From contig CAWELD010000003.1 in NCBI GenBank assembly GCA_963809895.1, forward strand, positions 2,880,001-2,944,000: DNA of 64,000 nucleotides, in the 5' to 3' direction. Each line of letters opens with the position of its first letter. Within the stretch, counting starts at the first letter, position 1. The stretch comes from an uncultured Gemmatimonadales bacterium (GTDB taxonomy: Bacteria > Gemmatimonadota > Gemmatimonadetes > Longimicrobiales > Gaopeijiaceae). Below, piece after piece: positions 29,809 through 39,863 of the stretch. A program made the position numbers and the translations under genes. Under the pieces are notes generated by a model, which had not been told where the DNA came from, did no database searches, and saw nothing but the letters and a program-made list of their open reading frames with translations.

Positions 29809-31309
29809 GCCCGTCGTCCGTCCCCACCGCCCGTCGCTCGAGCAGGATCACCGCCGTGTCGTCGGCGTACCAGCGCTCCCAGTGCCCCGACTGCTCGGCA
29901 GCGCGCGCCAGCGGTGCGGCCGGAGGCACCAGCAGCATGTCGATGCCGCGGCGCTCCAACGCCGTCTCCCACCCGGGCTCGGCGAGCATCACCGACGTGT
30001 ATTCGGCCATGAGCGACGCCCCGAAGAAGTTGGCCATGCCGTCGATGTAGATGCGCTCGCCGGGCCAGGCCCACAGGACGTAGCCACCCCAGAGGTACGC
30101 GTTGAACATGCGCCGGTCCTCGAGACCGGCCTCGCGGGCCCGCGCTACGGCCTCCACCGGAAAGGCCCGGCGCGAGAAGGCGTCGGGGACGATCTGCACG
30201 GGCCCCAGCCTTCCAGAGGTCACGACCAGCCCCGTCAGCACCAGCACGGCGCCGACGATCCAGGGTGCGGTGACGGCCCGGGCATCGTCCTCCTCCATGG
30301 TCCGCCGCGCGCGCTCCACCGGCGCCCAACGCCAACGTCGCAGGGGCTCGGCCGCCACCGACACGGCCAGGGGCAGCGCGAAGAGTCCGAAGAGGGTGAT
30401 GTTTCGCTGGGCCGTCACCCCCGCGACCACCGCCGCCGCCAGAGGCAGCGCCACCGCCCACGGCGGCCGGCGGCGCCGGGCGATCAGCAGGACCACCACA
30501 CCCGACACCACGGCGAAGAAGAGCAGCCCGTATCCGGAGCGAAGGCTCGGCGGCTGGAACTCCTGGATCAGCCCCAGCGCGCCGGTGTCGCCCAGGTGTC
30601 TTAGGATCTCCCGGTGGAGTCCCCATCCCATGGGGTTGAGGAGCGTGGCGCCGACGGCGACCAGGCCCGACAACACGTCTCCCCGGATCCGCGCCGCCCT
30701 GCGGTGATCCAGCATGTCGCCGAGCAGATAGGCCCCCAGGATGGCGACGCCGTAGAAGAACCCCGGATGCAGGTTGGCCCATAGAGCGAAGAGCACGCCC
30801 AGCGCCAGGTGGCGCTTCCAGTCCGGCGGGCGGGTGACGATGCCCAGAAGCAACGACAGGCACAGGAACGAGAACAGGTGGGGACGCGCGATCCAGTGCG
30901 GTCCCGTGAACACCGCCGCCAGGAAGGCCACCGGAACCGCCACCGCCGGCTCGACCCGGGGACGGAGGTAGCGCATGACCAATGCGATGGAGGTGGCGAT
31001 CAACAGCGCCGCGAGCACGGCCACGGCGGCCAGGCCACCCACGCGCTCCGTGAGCCACAGGATCACCTCGCTGAGCCACTCGTAGGCCCGGAAGGGCTCG
31101 CCCGGAAGGGTGTGCGAGAAGACATCGGCGAACACCACCCCGTGCCCGAGGATGTAGCGTCCGAGCACGAGATGCCGGGGAAGGTCCCCGTCACCGTTGA
31201 GCAGGCGCGCCCCGAAGACCACGGGTGTGGCCAGCGCGAGGATGCCGAACAGCAGGGCAGTACCCGAGGGCTGACGGCGCCGTCGCTGGGGGGGCGGGCT
31301 GGAGGTCAT
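29720..31309 (-). CDS. Polytopic membrane protein, probable GT-C fold glycosyltransferase
   Basis: Many TMs; DGDLPRHL after TM1, YEWLSEV, RPHLFS, LWANLHPGF, LLNPMG, FNAYLWGGYVLW, IYIDG. The 3' end overlaps the convergent methyltransferase. Confidence 0.65.
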   Translation of the reverse strand: MTSSPPPQRRRRQPSGTALLFGILALATPVVFGARLLNGDGDLPRHLVLGRYILGHGVVFADVFSHTLPGEPFRAYEWLSEVILWLTERVGGLAAVAVLAALLIATSIALVMRYLRPRVEPAVAVPVAFLAAVFTGPHWIARPHLFSFLCLSLLLGIVTRPPDWKRHLALGVLFALWANLHPGFFYGVAILGAYLLGDMLDHRRAARIRGDVLSGLVAVGATLLNPMGWGLHREILRHLGDTGALGLIQEFQPPSLRSGYGLLFFAVVSGVVVLLIARRRRPPWAVALPLAAAVVAGVTAQRNITLFGLFALPLAVSVAAEPLRRWRWAPVERARRTMEEDDARAVTAPWIVGAVLVLTGLVVTSGRLGPVQIVPDAFSRRAFPVEAVARAREAGLEDRRMFNAYLWGGYVLWAWPGERIYIDGMANFFGASLMAEYTSVMLAEPGWETALERRGIDMLLVPPAAPLARAAEQSGHWERWYADDTAVILLERRAVGTDDGLSRPRPPAAGAPRPTSGGPLRAGAGTRSG

Positions 31310-31432
31310 GCATCGGATGCTAGGGCACCCTACGCGCAACGGCCAGGGTTGACGCCGCGTGTCACGGGCGCCAGATCGCCATCGTACATGGACCAGCCGG
31401 ACGTGCAGTCTCCCCTCTCGGAGGACCCTTCC

Positions 31433-31999
31433 ATGAAGCGCACCGGACTGACCGCCGTTCTCGTCGCGGCGCTGGCCTCACCCCTGGCCGCACAGAACGC
31501 CACCCCCGCCGACCTCACCGCCGAGTACCTCTCCGACATGGCCACCGTGGAGGAAAAGCTGGTGGCCCTGGCCGAGGCCATTCCCGAGGAGCAGTACGGG
31601 TGGCGGCCCATGGAGGGAGTCCGCTCGGTGAGCGAAGCCTTCATGCACGTCACCAGCGAGAACTACTTCTACATGCCCGCAACGCTGGGCGCCGGCCCCC
31701 CGGCGGACCTGAACATGGGCACCGGCCGGGAGATCCCCGGCAACCTGGAGAAGGTGACCAGCAAGGCCGACGTGATCCGGCACCTGCACGCCTCCTACGC
31801 CTACCAGAAAAAGGTGTTGGCCGATTCGGAGGCCAAGCTGGCCACCGGCAAGCTCATGGTGTTCGGCCAGGAGCGCACGGTGGCCGGGCTCTTCAACCTG
31901 TTCCTGGCGGACCAGCACGAGCACCTGGGCCAGCTCATCGCCTACGCCCGCTCGCTGAAGGTCGTGCCGCCGTGGTCGGCGGGGAACGGCGGCGGCTGA
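31433..31999 (+). CDS. Exported DinB family protein
   Basis: Signal peptide, LAEAIPEEQYGWRP-x-EGVRSVSEAFMH, HEHLGQLIAYAR...VPPWS. Confidence 0.88.
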   Translation: MKRTGLTAVLVAALASPLAAQNATPADLTAEYLSDMATVEEKLVALAEAIPEEQYGWRPMEGVRSVSEAFMHVTSENYFYMPATLGAGPPADLNMGTGREIPGNLEKVTSKADVIRHLHASYAYQKKVLADSEAKLATGKLMVFGQERTVAGLFNLFLADQHEHLGQLIAYARSLKVVPPWSAGNGGG

Positions 32000-32041
32000 T
32001 CCCCTTCGCGCCGCGGCCGATCTCCGGTAGCTTGTCACGTC

Positions 32042-33079
32042 ATGGAGATCGGCATCTACACCTTCGCGGAGACCCGGGTCGACCCGGAAACGGGACGACA
32101 GCTCGGGGTCCGTGAGCGGATGCGGGACCTGCTGGAGGAGATCGAGCTCGCCGATCAGGTGGGGCTCGACGTGTTCGGCGTGGGCGAGCACCACCGGCCC
32201 GACTACGCGGTGTCGGCGCCGGCCGTGGTCCTGGCGGCCGGCGCCGCGCGCACGCACCGCATCCGGCTCACCAGCGCGGTATCGGTATTGAGCTCGGACG
32301 ACCCCGTCCGGGTCTTCCAGGATTTCGCCACCCTGGACCTGATCTCCGGCGGCCGGGCCGAGATCATGGCGGGCCGGGGTTCGTTCATCGAGTCCTTCCC
32401 GCTCTTCGGGCAGGACCTGGACGACTACGACGAGCTCTTCGCCGAGAAGCTGGAGCTGCTCCTGGAGCTCCGCAGCCACGAGCGTGTCACGTGGAGCGGC
32501 AAGCACCGGCCGGCCATCGACGACCGACCGGTGTTTCCGCGGCCCGTACAGGATCCGCTACCGGTGTGGATCGCGGTGGGCGGCAGTCCGGGATCGGTGG
32601 TACGAGCGGGCACGCTGGGGCTCCCCATGGCGCTGGCCATCATCGGCGGCGCACCGGCCCGCTTCAAGCCCATGGTGGAGCTCTACCGCGAGGCGGCGGA
32701 GCGGGCCGGCCACGATCCGGCGACGCTGCCGCTCAGCATCAACTCCCACGGCTTCATCGCCGACGATGCGGCAGAGGCGGCCGATATCGCTTTTCCGCCC
32801 TTCGCCGAGACCATGAGCCGCATCGGCCGGGAGCGGGGCTGGCCGCCCACCACCCGGGCGCAGTTCGACGCCGAGGCCCGGCTCTCGGGCGCCCTCTTCG
32901 TGGGCGGCCCGCAGGAGATCATCGACAAGATCCTCTATCAGCACGAGCTCTTCGGCCACCAGCGCTTCCTGATCCAGCTCACCGTGGGCCCCATGCCCCA
33001 CGACCGCGTCATGCGGGCCATCGAGCTGCTGGGAAACGAGGTGGCCCCGGTGGTTCGGCGGGAGACCGCTCAGGAGTAA
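32042..33079 (+). CDS. LLM class flavin-dependent oxidoreductase
   Basis: [45 protein letters not shown]. Confidence 0.93.
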   Translation: MEIGIYTFAETRVDPETGRQLGVRERMRDLLEEIELADQVGLDVFGVGEHHRPDYAVSAPAVVLAAGAARTHRIRLTSAVSVLSSDDPVRVFQDFATLDLISGGRAEIMAGRGSFIESFPLFGQDLDDYDELFAEKLELLLELRSHERVTWSGKHRPAIDDRPVFPRPVQDPLPVWIAVGGSPGSVVRAGTLGLPMALAIIGGAPARFKPMVELYREAAERAGHDPATLPLSINSHGFIADDAAEAADIAFPPFAETMSRIGRERGWPPTTRAQFDAEARLSGALFVGGPQEIIDKILYQHELFGHQRFLIQLTVGPMPHDRVMRAIELLGNEVAPVVRRETAQE

Positions 33080-33085
33080 CGAGCC

Positions 33086-33120
33086 GGGGGCCGCGGACGC
33101 GTACCAACGCCGCGGCCCCC
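33086..33120. terminator. Hairpin between convergent genes
   Basis: GGGGGCCGCGG-N13-CCGCGGCCCCC, 11-bp perfect stem. Confidence 0.6.
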
Positions 33121-33147
33121 GAGCCGTATCCACCGCCTGGACGAGCG

Positions 33148-36100
33148 TCAGCTGCCGGGCACGCCCCGGCCGGTCGTCCAACGGATTCCCAGCGCGTCCA
33201 TGCGCGCCTCCAGCGCCGGCACTTCCTCCTCCACGGCCTGGCGCAACCCGGGCTCCACGTCGGCGAAGGCCGCCTCCGCGATGTCCAGCTGCTCCCGGTG
33301 CGTGGCCGTCGGCCCGTAGGTCGTGCTCAGGACCCCGCCCAGCACCGTCTGGATGCGTGAGATGATGCCCGGCATGGCGGGCTCCTGTCGGCGTGCCCGG
33401 GTCGGGTCGCCCGCGAGCGCCTCGCGCAGGTCGGTGAGGCGGAGCTCAAGCGCCCGGGCCTGCTCCCGGAGCTCCGGTGTGCCGGCGGGATCGCGGAGCG
33501 CCGCGTTCTTCATGGCCGTCACGCTCTCCATGGCCTCACCCAACGCGCTCATGGCACCCATGACCTGCCGCTGCAGCTCGCCCGCCCGCTGACTGAAGGC
33601 CAGCGTCGCGGCCCGGTCCTGGACCGGCAGCGTGTGCATCCCCAGCGCCTCAACCTGGAAGGGCACGGGATCCACCAGCGGGTGGAACTCGCCGTCCACC
33701 ATGCTGGCGAGCTCCACGGTGAAGCGTCCCGGCACCACCATGGGACCCTGCCCGTCGGAGCGGGAGTTGGCGCTCACCGGCGTGTAGCCCGGGTAGCGCA
33801 GGTCCCAGTTCACCCGGTGCATCCCGCTCGAGGTGGGTCCGGTGACGCGGCGCACCACGTTGCCGTCGGTGTCCCGCACGGTGAGGACGATGGCCGGCGC
33901 CTCCTCCCGGTCCTCGGCCTTGAGTTCCTCCCACGTCGGGTACGGCGTATCCTCGCCCGCCCGCTCCAGCCGGCGCTCCTCGGCGCGCCGCTCGGCCCGC
34001 CTCGTCTGCAGGCCGTCCTCGAGCCAGTAGGTGAAGGTGGCGCCGAACGGCGGGTTGGCATCGGTGTGGAAGTCGGCACCCTGGAAGGCCTGGCCGGGCA
34101 CGCCCAGGGGGGTGTCCTCGATGAACGCCCGGGCGGTCTCGACCGGGAAGATGCGGGCCGCGGCCTCCGACGAGGGCTGCTCCGCCGCCGCCCGCAGCGG
34201 CGTGTAGTCGTCCAGGATCCAGAAGCCCCGTCCGAACGAGGCTGCCACGAGGTCGTTCTCGCGGGTCTGGATCACCAGATCCCGCACGGCGATGGTGGGC
34301 AGGCCTCCGCCGAACTTCACCCAGTGCTGCCCCTCGTCGCGGGTCACCCAGATGCCGAACTCGGTGCCCACGAAGAGGAGCTGGGGATCCTCGGTGTCCT
34401 GGAGCACTGTGTAGATGGATCCGCGCTCCGGCAGATCACCCGTGATGGAGCTCCAGCTCCGGCCGCGGTCCCTGCTGACCAGCAGATAGGGCTTGAAGTC
34501 ACCCATCTTGTGGTTGTTGAAGGCGGCGTAGACGGTGTTGGCGTCGTGCTTGGATGCCTCGATGTCGTTCACGTATGTGCGCTCGGGCACGCCGGGAAAG
34601 CTCGATATCTCACGCCAATTCCCGCCACCGTCCTCACTCACCTGCACCAGCCCGTCGTCGGTGCCCGCGTAGAGCAGGTCGGCCTGGAGCGGCGACTCGC
34701 TCACCGTGGTCAGATTGCCGAACACCGAGGTGGACACGTTCTTGGCCACCGCGTCGACGCTCCACACCCGGTCCATGACCTCCAGCGCGTTGCGATCGAG
34801 CTGACGGGTGAGGTCCGGCGAAATGGCCGTCCAGGTGTCGCCCCGGTCGTCGCTTCTGAAGAGCATCTGAGCGCCGAAATAGAGGCGCTGGGGATTGTGG
34901 GGCGAGATGAGGATCGGCGAGTCCCAGTTCCAGCGCAGCGGGGGGCCATCGGCCGCCTCCTGGGGCTTGATGTCCACCTGCTCGCCGGTGAGACGATCGA
35001 AGCGGATCAGGCCGCCGTACTGCCACTCCGAGTAGACGATGTTCGGATTCGAGGGATCCACGGCCTGGCCGAAGCCGTCGCCGAAGACGGTGGTGAACCA
35101 GTCCGAGTTGCGGATGCCGTGGGTGTTGGTGGTCTGGCTCGGCACCCCGTGCGAGGCGTTGTCCTGGGTGCCCCCGTACACGTAGTAGAAGGGCTCGTCG
35201 TTGCTGACCGCGGTCTTGTAGTACTGGGCCAGCGGCAGGTTGGGGAAGAAGCGGTAGGTGCGGCCGCGGTCGAAGGTCTCGTAGAGTCCGCCGTCGCACC
35301 CGAACAGCATGTGCTCCGGGTCGTCGGGGTCCTGCCAGAAGGCGTGGTTGTCCACGTGCTTGTCGGCTTCGCCGAACGGATGGAAGCTCCGTCCGCCGTC
35401 CTCCGACGTCATGATGTTGGTGTCCAGCGCGTAGATGCGGTCCGGATCCTCGCGGTCGACGTAGATCTCGTTGTAGTACTGCGGGCTGCCCGACACGTAG
35501 TCGCTCTGCCTGGACCAGCTCTCGCCGCCGTCGTCGGAGCGGTAGAATCCCCCCTCGCCTCCGGACAGCTCGATGATGGCGTAGACGACGTCGGGATCCG
35601 ATGGCGCCAGCGCCAGGCCGATGCGGCCCTTGTCACCGCCCGGCAGTCCCTTCTCGATCTTGCGCCAGGTGTCGCCACCATCGGTGCTCTTCCACACCCC
35701 GGAGCCCGGGCCGCCGTCGATGAGCGTCCACACGTGCCGGCGGCGCTGATACGATGCGGCGTACAGCACGTCTGGATCCCGGGGATCCATGAGCAGGTCC
35801 GTGGCGCCGGTGTTCTCGTCGATGGCCAGCACCTGATCCCACGACTCGCCGCCGTCGGTGGTGCGGTAGACGCCTCGCTCGCCCCCGGCGCTCCACAGCG
35901 GACCCTGGGCCGCCACGAAGACGCGGTCGGAATTCGTGGGATCCACCAGGATGCGGGCGATGTGCTCCGAGCTCTCCAGACCCATCTTCTCGAAGGATCC
36001 TCCGCCGTCCAGCGACTTGTAGATGCCGTCGCCGTAGGCCACCGAGCGCTGGGAGTTGTTCTCGCCGGTCCCCACCCACACGGTGGACGGGTTCGAGGGG

Positions 36101-36462
36101 TCCACGGCCACGGTGCCGATGGAATAGGACCCGTAGTGATCGAAGACGGGACGGAAGGTCACCCCTGCGTTGCCCGTCTTCCACACGCCGCCCGAGGCCG
36201 TCGCAACGTACCAGGTGGAGGCATCGGTGGGATCCGTGGCCACCTCCACCACGCGACCGCTCATGAAGGCGCCGCCCAGGTTGCGGAAACGGAGGCCGGA
36301 AACAGCGGCACGAAACAGGTCGGCGCTGGCCGAGTCCGCTTCCTGGGCCGCCACCCGCGGCGGCGCCACGAAGGAGAGCAGTGCCAGAACCGTACACGAG
36401 ATCGAAGCCAGCGCCGCAGAGGCGCGCCGGCGGGAATTGCGGGACAAGACGGTGCGGATCAT
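33148..36462 (-). CDS. Large secreted VPS10/BNR (Asp-box) beta-propeller protein
   Basis: Signal peptide; many S/T-x-D-x-G-x-S/T-W/F boxes; YYVYGGTQDN; helical C-terminus. Confidence 0.9.
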   Translation of the reverse strand: MIRTVLSRNSRRRASAALASISCTVLALLSFVAPPRVAAQEADSASADLFRAAVSGLRFRNLGGAFMSGRVVEVATDPTDASTWYVATASGGVWKTGNAGVTFRPVFDHYGSYSIGTVAVDPSNPSTVWVGTGENNSQRSVAYGDGIYKSLDGGGSFEKMGLESSEHIARILVDPTNSDRVFVAAQGPLWSAGGERGVYRTTDGGESWDQVLAIDENTGATDLLMDPRDPDVLYAASYQRRRHVWTLIDGGPGSGVWKSTDGGDTWRKIEKGLPGGDKGRIGLALAPSDPDVVYAIIELSGGEGGFYRSDDGGESWSRQSDYVSGSPQYYNEIYVDREDPDRIYALDTNIMTSEDGGRSFHPFGEADKHVDNHAFWQDPDDPEHMLFGCDGGLYETFDRGRTYRFFPNLPLAQYYKTAVSNDEPFYYVYGGTQDNASHGVPSQTTNTHGIRNSDWFTTVFGDGFGQAVDPSNPNIVYSEWQYGGLIRFDRLTGEQVDIKPQEAADGPPLRWNWDSPILISPHNPQRLYFGAQMLFRSDDRGDTWTAISPDLTRQLDRNALEVMDRVWSVDAVAKNVSTSVFGNLTTVSESPLQADLLYAGTDDGLVQVSEDGGGNWREISSFPGVPERTYVNDIEASKHDANTVYAAFNNHKMGDFKPYLLVSRDRGRSWSSITGDLPERGSIYTVLQDTEDPQLLFVGTEFGIWVTRDEGQHWVKFGGGLPTIAVRDLVIQTRENDLVAASFGRGFWILDDYTPLRAAAEQPSSEAAARIFPVETARAFIEDTPLGVPGQAFQGADFHTDANPPFGATFTYWLEDGLQTRRAERRAEERRLERAGEDTPYPTWEELKAEDREEAPAIVLTVRDTDGNVVRRVTGPTSSGMHRVNWDLRYPGYTPVSANSRSDGQGPMVVPGRFTVELASMVDGEFHPLVDPVPFQVEALGMHTLPVQDRAATLAFSQRAGELQRQVMGAMSALGEAMESVTAMKNAALRDPAGTPELREQARALELRLTDLREALAGDPTRARRQEPAMPGIISRIQTVLGGVLSTTYGPTATHREQLDIAEAAFADVEPGLRQAVEEEVPALEARMDALGIRWTTGRGVPGS

Positions 36463-36644
36463 GGGAACCTCGACGGGTAGAGCGCGAACAGCGTGGATCC
36501 CGCGGCAGCCCGCCACGGGCCACCACCCACGGACCATGGCGCGTCGCCGCCGGTTCTGCCAGTCGGGAGAAATCCTCCGGGGGCGTGCCGCCCGCGAAGT
36601 GTTATCGTGAGGGCCACCATCGAGTCCGTTGTCCAGGGGTCCGC

Positions 36645-37340
36645 GTGAGCCGTAGATACAACGACCAGGAAGTCGGCCTGATCCTCCAGAAGGCGCTGGA
36701 GCCCCGGCGCGAGGCCCAGCAACTCGAGGTGGACGGCGGCGGGCTGTCGCTGGACCAGATCAAGGAGATCGCGGCCGAGGTCGGCATCGAGCCGGCGCGC
36801 ATCGAGCTGGCGGCAGCGAGCCTGGTCGAGCCCACGCCGGCATCCCCCAATCTCTACGTGGGCATCCCCACCACCATCCAGTTCCAGACCACCCTCGAGG
36901 GCATCTCCGTGGAGGAGCTGGACCACTCGGAGATCCTGGCCGTGATCCGCGCGGTCATGGGTCGGCACGGGAGGGTGGGCAGCGAGTTCGGCTCGCTGGA
37001 GTGGGAGGCCAAGGATGCTCTCGGCGCGCGCTACGTCTCGCTCATGCCGGCCAAGGAGGGGGTGCGCATCCGGGTCATGGGCAACTTCCGCGACGGCATG
37101 CTGGTCTCGGTGGCCGGGGTCGGGGGCGTGACCTTCGCCGCCTCGTCGGCGGTGCTGGCCTCCTTCCTGGGGCCGTTGGGTCTGCCCGCCGCCGGCGCGC
37201 TGGCGCTGGTCCCACCCCGGTTCTTCTACCGCTGGCGGCGCCGCTCCGAAGACGCCCGCCTGCGCGAAGTGCACGAGCGGCTGGTGGCGCTCCTGGGCGC
37301 GCCACTCACAGAGCCACCCAGATTGCCGGATGGTCCATGA
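36645..37340 (+). CDS. Hypothetical membrane protein
   Basis: RRYNDQEVGLILQKA...LSLDQIKEIAAEVGIEP N-terminal helical domain; two C-terminal TMs. Confidence 0.7.
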   Translation: MSRRYNDQEVGLILQKALEPRREAQQLEVDGGGLSLDQIKEIAAEVGIEPARIELAAASLVEPTPASPNLYVGIPTTIQFQTTLEGISVEELDHSEILAVIRAVMGRHGRVGSEFGSLEWEAKDALGARYVSLMPAKEGVRIRVMGNFRDGMLVSVAGVGGVTFAASSAVLASFLGPLGLPAAGALALVPPRFFYRWRRRSEDARLREVHERLVALLGAPLTEPPRLPDGP

Positions 37341-37830
37341 CCGCGAGAAAGCGGAGCATGTCGGCGCGGGCGATGGCCGTGGTGCGGGCGTTGTCCAGCG
37401 GATGGGCGTTCCAGAGGTCGTAGTCCCGGAGGCCCCGGTCCAGCGCCACCTGCACCCTGCGGCCGTGATCGTTGATCACCGCGAAGGGTGACACCGCCCC
37501 GGGAGTGAGGCCCAGGTAGCGCATCAGGCGGCCTTCGCTCCCGAAGGAGAGACGTCCCGACGCCCCCAGCGCATCGGCCAGCGCCTTCAGGTCGACCTCC
37601 CGGTCGTGGAGCGCCACCACCAGCCACATGCGCCCCTTCTTGTCTCTCAGGAAGAGGTTCTTGGTGTGGGCCCCGGGCAGGTCGCCCTTGAGCGCCTGGG
37701 CCTCCTCCACCGTGTAGACCGGGTCGTGCTCGTGGGTCGCGGCCTCGATGCCCATGGCCTCCAGCCGCGACAGAAGCTGGTCCGAGGTCGCGGGCTCGGT
37801 ACCGTCGTCGAGGAGCTGGGCTGAGGTCAT
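37306..37830 (-). CDS. YbaK/ProX family aminoacyl-tRNA deacylase (ProXp-ala-like)
   Basis: HDPVYTVEEA, HTKNLFLRDKK, LSFGS, LGLTPGAVSPFAVIND, HPLDNARTT. Confidence 0.92.
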   Translation of the reverse strand: MTSAQLLDDGTEPATSDQLLSRLEAMGIEAATHEHDPVYTVEEAQALKGDLPGAHTKNLFLRDKKGRMWLVVALHDREVDLKALADALGASGRLSFGSEGRLMRYLGLTPGAVSPFAVINDHGRRVQVALDRGLRDYDLWNAHPLDNARTTAIARADMLRFLAVMDHPAIWVAL

Positions 37831-37887
37831 GGCGTTGAGGTAGGGGATTCCCGACAGCCGCGCCAGCTCACTCGCCGGGCCTTCAAC

Positions 37888-38607
37888 TCACTCCGGACGC
37901 GTCCCAGTGGCCTCCACCGTGCGCACGTTGGTGGCGTTCTCGAGGATGAGCTTGACGACGAAGCCCTTTCCGGCCTCGATGTCGGTGAGCGAAAAGGAGA
38001 TGTTGAACTGCCCCGAAGCGCCGTCGCTCTGCCCGGTCGGACCGTCGTCGACGTATTCGAGGAGATCGGGTCCTGGTTGCTCCACCACCCGGTAGAGCTC
38101 CGTGCGCCAGGTGTGGGCCTGGGGAGGCGCGGTCCAGGCAAGCGTCACCTCCAAGGCATCCGCGGTCGTGGAGAGGCCCGTCACCGGGAGGAGCCCGGGA
38201 ATCTGAAGCGGAGCGGTGATGAAGACCTTGTCGTTGACGTCATAGGTGAGTTCCAACCGGTAGTCGCCGGGGGTGAGCTCTTCAGGGTGAGCCTCATCGA
38301 CAACGGTAGCCACCCACCCTCCGCTGATCTGATCGAACTCGGCGTCCGCCGTCGTGCGGGTCGAGCCGTCGGGCCAGCTCACGGCGATCCCCTGGATCTC
38401 CTGCACCTCACCGTCGGACACCTCGGATCCGGCGGTGACCCGGAATTCGGGCACGTAGGTCGACTCGGTCCCGACCTGGGTGATGAGATTGCGGGCGCTC
38501 AGGGTGAAGTCTCGGGAACGAGAAGGCCCCGTGGCATCGCCGCAGGCACCGGCGGTCACGATGGCGGCCAGCGCAGCGGCGGAGAATCGTGCACGACGAA
38601 GGTTCAT
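37888..38607 (-). CDS. Hypothetical beta-rich lipoprotein
   Basis: Lipobox AGAC-GDATGP; Ig/FN3-like strands; no family recognised. Confidence 0.7.
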   Translation of the reverse strand: MNLRRARFSAAALAAIVTAGACGDATGPSRSRDFTLSARNLITQVGTESTYVPEFRVTAGSEVSDGEVQEIQGIAVSWPDGSTRTTADAEFDQISGGWVATVVDEAHPEELTPGDYRLELTYDVNDKVFITAPLQIPGLLPVTGLSTTADALEVTLAWTAPPQAHTWRTELYRVVEQPGPDLLEYVDDGPTGQSDGASGQFNISFSLTDIEAGKGFVVKLILENATNVRTVEATGTRPE

Positions 38608-38741
38608 GTCGGTCTCGGCGTTGTTGGAGGACGCGGGTCACTCCCGAGACGGATCGGCGGCCCCGATTCTGCCGCGGCGGGGGCCGTCCGATATCCCCCG
38701 GGGGGAAGCGCCACCGGCCCGTCTTTCCTAGAATGGTGCCC

Positions 38742-39863
38742 ATGTCCTCGCACGACCGGGCGCGCAGCGCCGCCCAACGATTCCTGGCCAGGGCCGAGGT
38801 CGCCATCGACGGCGACGAGCCCTGGGACCTCCAGGTCCACGACGACAGGTTCTTCCGCCGCGTCCTCGCCGGGGGCTCCCTGGCGCTGGGCGAGTCCTAC
38901 ATGGACGGGTGGTGGGACGTGAAGCGGCTGGACCAGTTCTTCTGCCGCGTGTGCCGGGCAGGACTCGACAAGGCCCTGCGAGGAGACTGGCGCACGCTCC
39001 TGCTGGCGATCACCAGCCGCATCTTCAACCGGCAATCCCACCGGCGCGCGGCCATCGTCGCCCAGGAGCACTACGACCGGGGCAACGACCTCTTCCAGGC
39101 CATGCTGGATCCGCGCATGGTCTACACCTGCGCCTACTGGAAGGACGCCGACAACCTGGCCGACGCCCAGGTGGCCAAGATGGACCTGGTGTGCCGCAAG
39201 CTGGGGCTGGAGCCGGGAGACCGGGTGCTGGACATCGGCTGCGGCTTCGGCTCCTTCGCCCGCTACGCCGCCGAGGAATACGGCGCCGAGGTGGTGGGCA
39301 TCAGCGTCTCGGAAGAGCAGACGAAGTACGCCCGTCAGGAAACCGCCGGGCTGCCCGTGGAGATCCGCATCCAGGACTACCGCGACGTCGAGGGCCACTT
39401 CGACCACGTGGCGTCCATCGGCATGTTCGAGGCCGTGGGCTGGCGCAACTACCGGCCCTACATGGAGAGCGTGCGCCGGGTGATCGCCGACGACGGGCTG
39501 TTCGTGCTGCAGACCTTCGGCAACGACGTCTCGGTGAAGGAGTCCGAGGCCTGGTTCGACAAGTACATCTTCCCCAACGGGATGATTCCGTCGATCGCGC
39601 AGATGGGGAAGGCGGCCGAGGGCCTCTTCACCATCGAGGACTGGCACAATTTCGGCGCCGACTACGACAAGACGCTCATGGCCTGGCACGGCAACATCGA
39701 GGCGGCCTGGGACCGCCTCAAGGGGTACGACGAGCGCTTCCGCCGCATGTGGCGCTACTACCTGCTGTCGCTGGCCGGCGCCTTCCGGGCCCGCACCATC
39801 CAGCTCTGGCAGGTGGTGTTCTCACCCCGCGGGGTGCCCGGGGGTTACGCCACCGTCCGCTGA
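38742..39863 (+). CDS. cfa: Cyclopropane fatty acyl phospholipid synthase
   Basis: SLALGESYMDGWW, HYDRGNDLFQAMLD, VLDIGCGFG, SIGMFEAVG, KYIFPNG, ERFRRMWRYYL. Confidence 0.95.
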   Translation: MSSHDRARSAAQRFLARAEVAIDGDEPWDLQVHDDRFFRRVLAGGSLALGESYMDGWWDVKRLDQFFCRVCRAGLDKALRGDWRTLLLAITSRIFNRQSHRRAAIVAQEHYDRGNDLFQAMLDPRMVYTCAYWKDADNLADAQVAKMDLVCRKLGLEPGDRVLDIGCGFGSFARYAAEEYGAEVVGISVSEEQTKYARQETAGLPVEIRIQDYRDVEGHFDHVASIGMFEAVGWRNYRPYMESVRRVIADDGLFVLQTFGNDVSVKESEAWFDKYIFPNGMIPSIAQMGKAAEGLFTIEDWHNFGADYDKTLMAWHGNIEAAWDRLKGYDERFRRMWRYYLLSLAGAFRARTIQLWQVVFSPRGVPGGYATVR

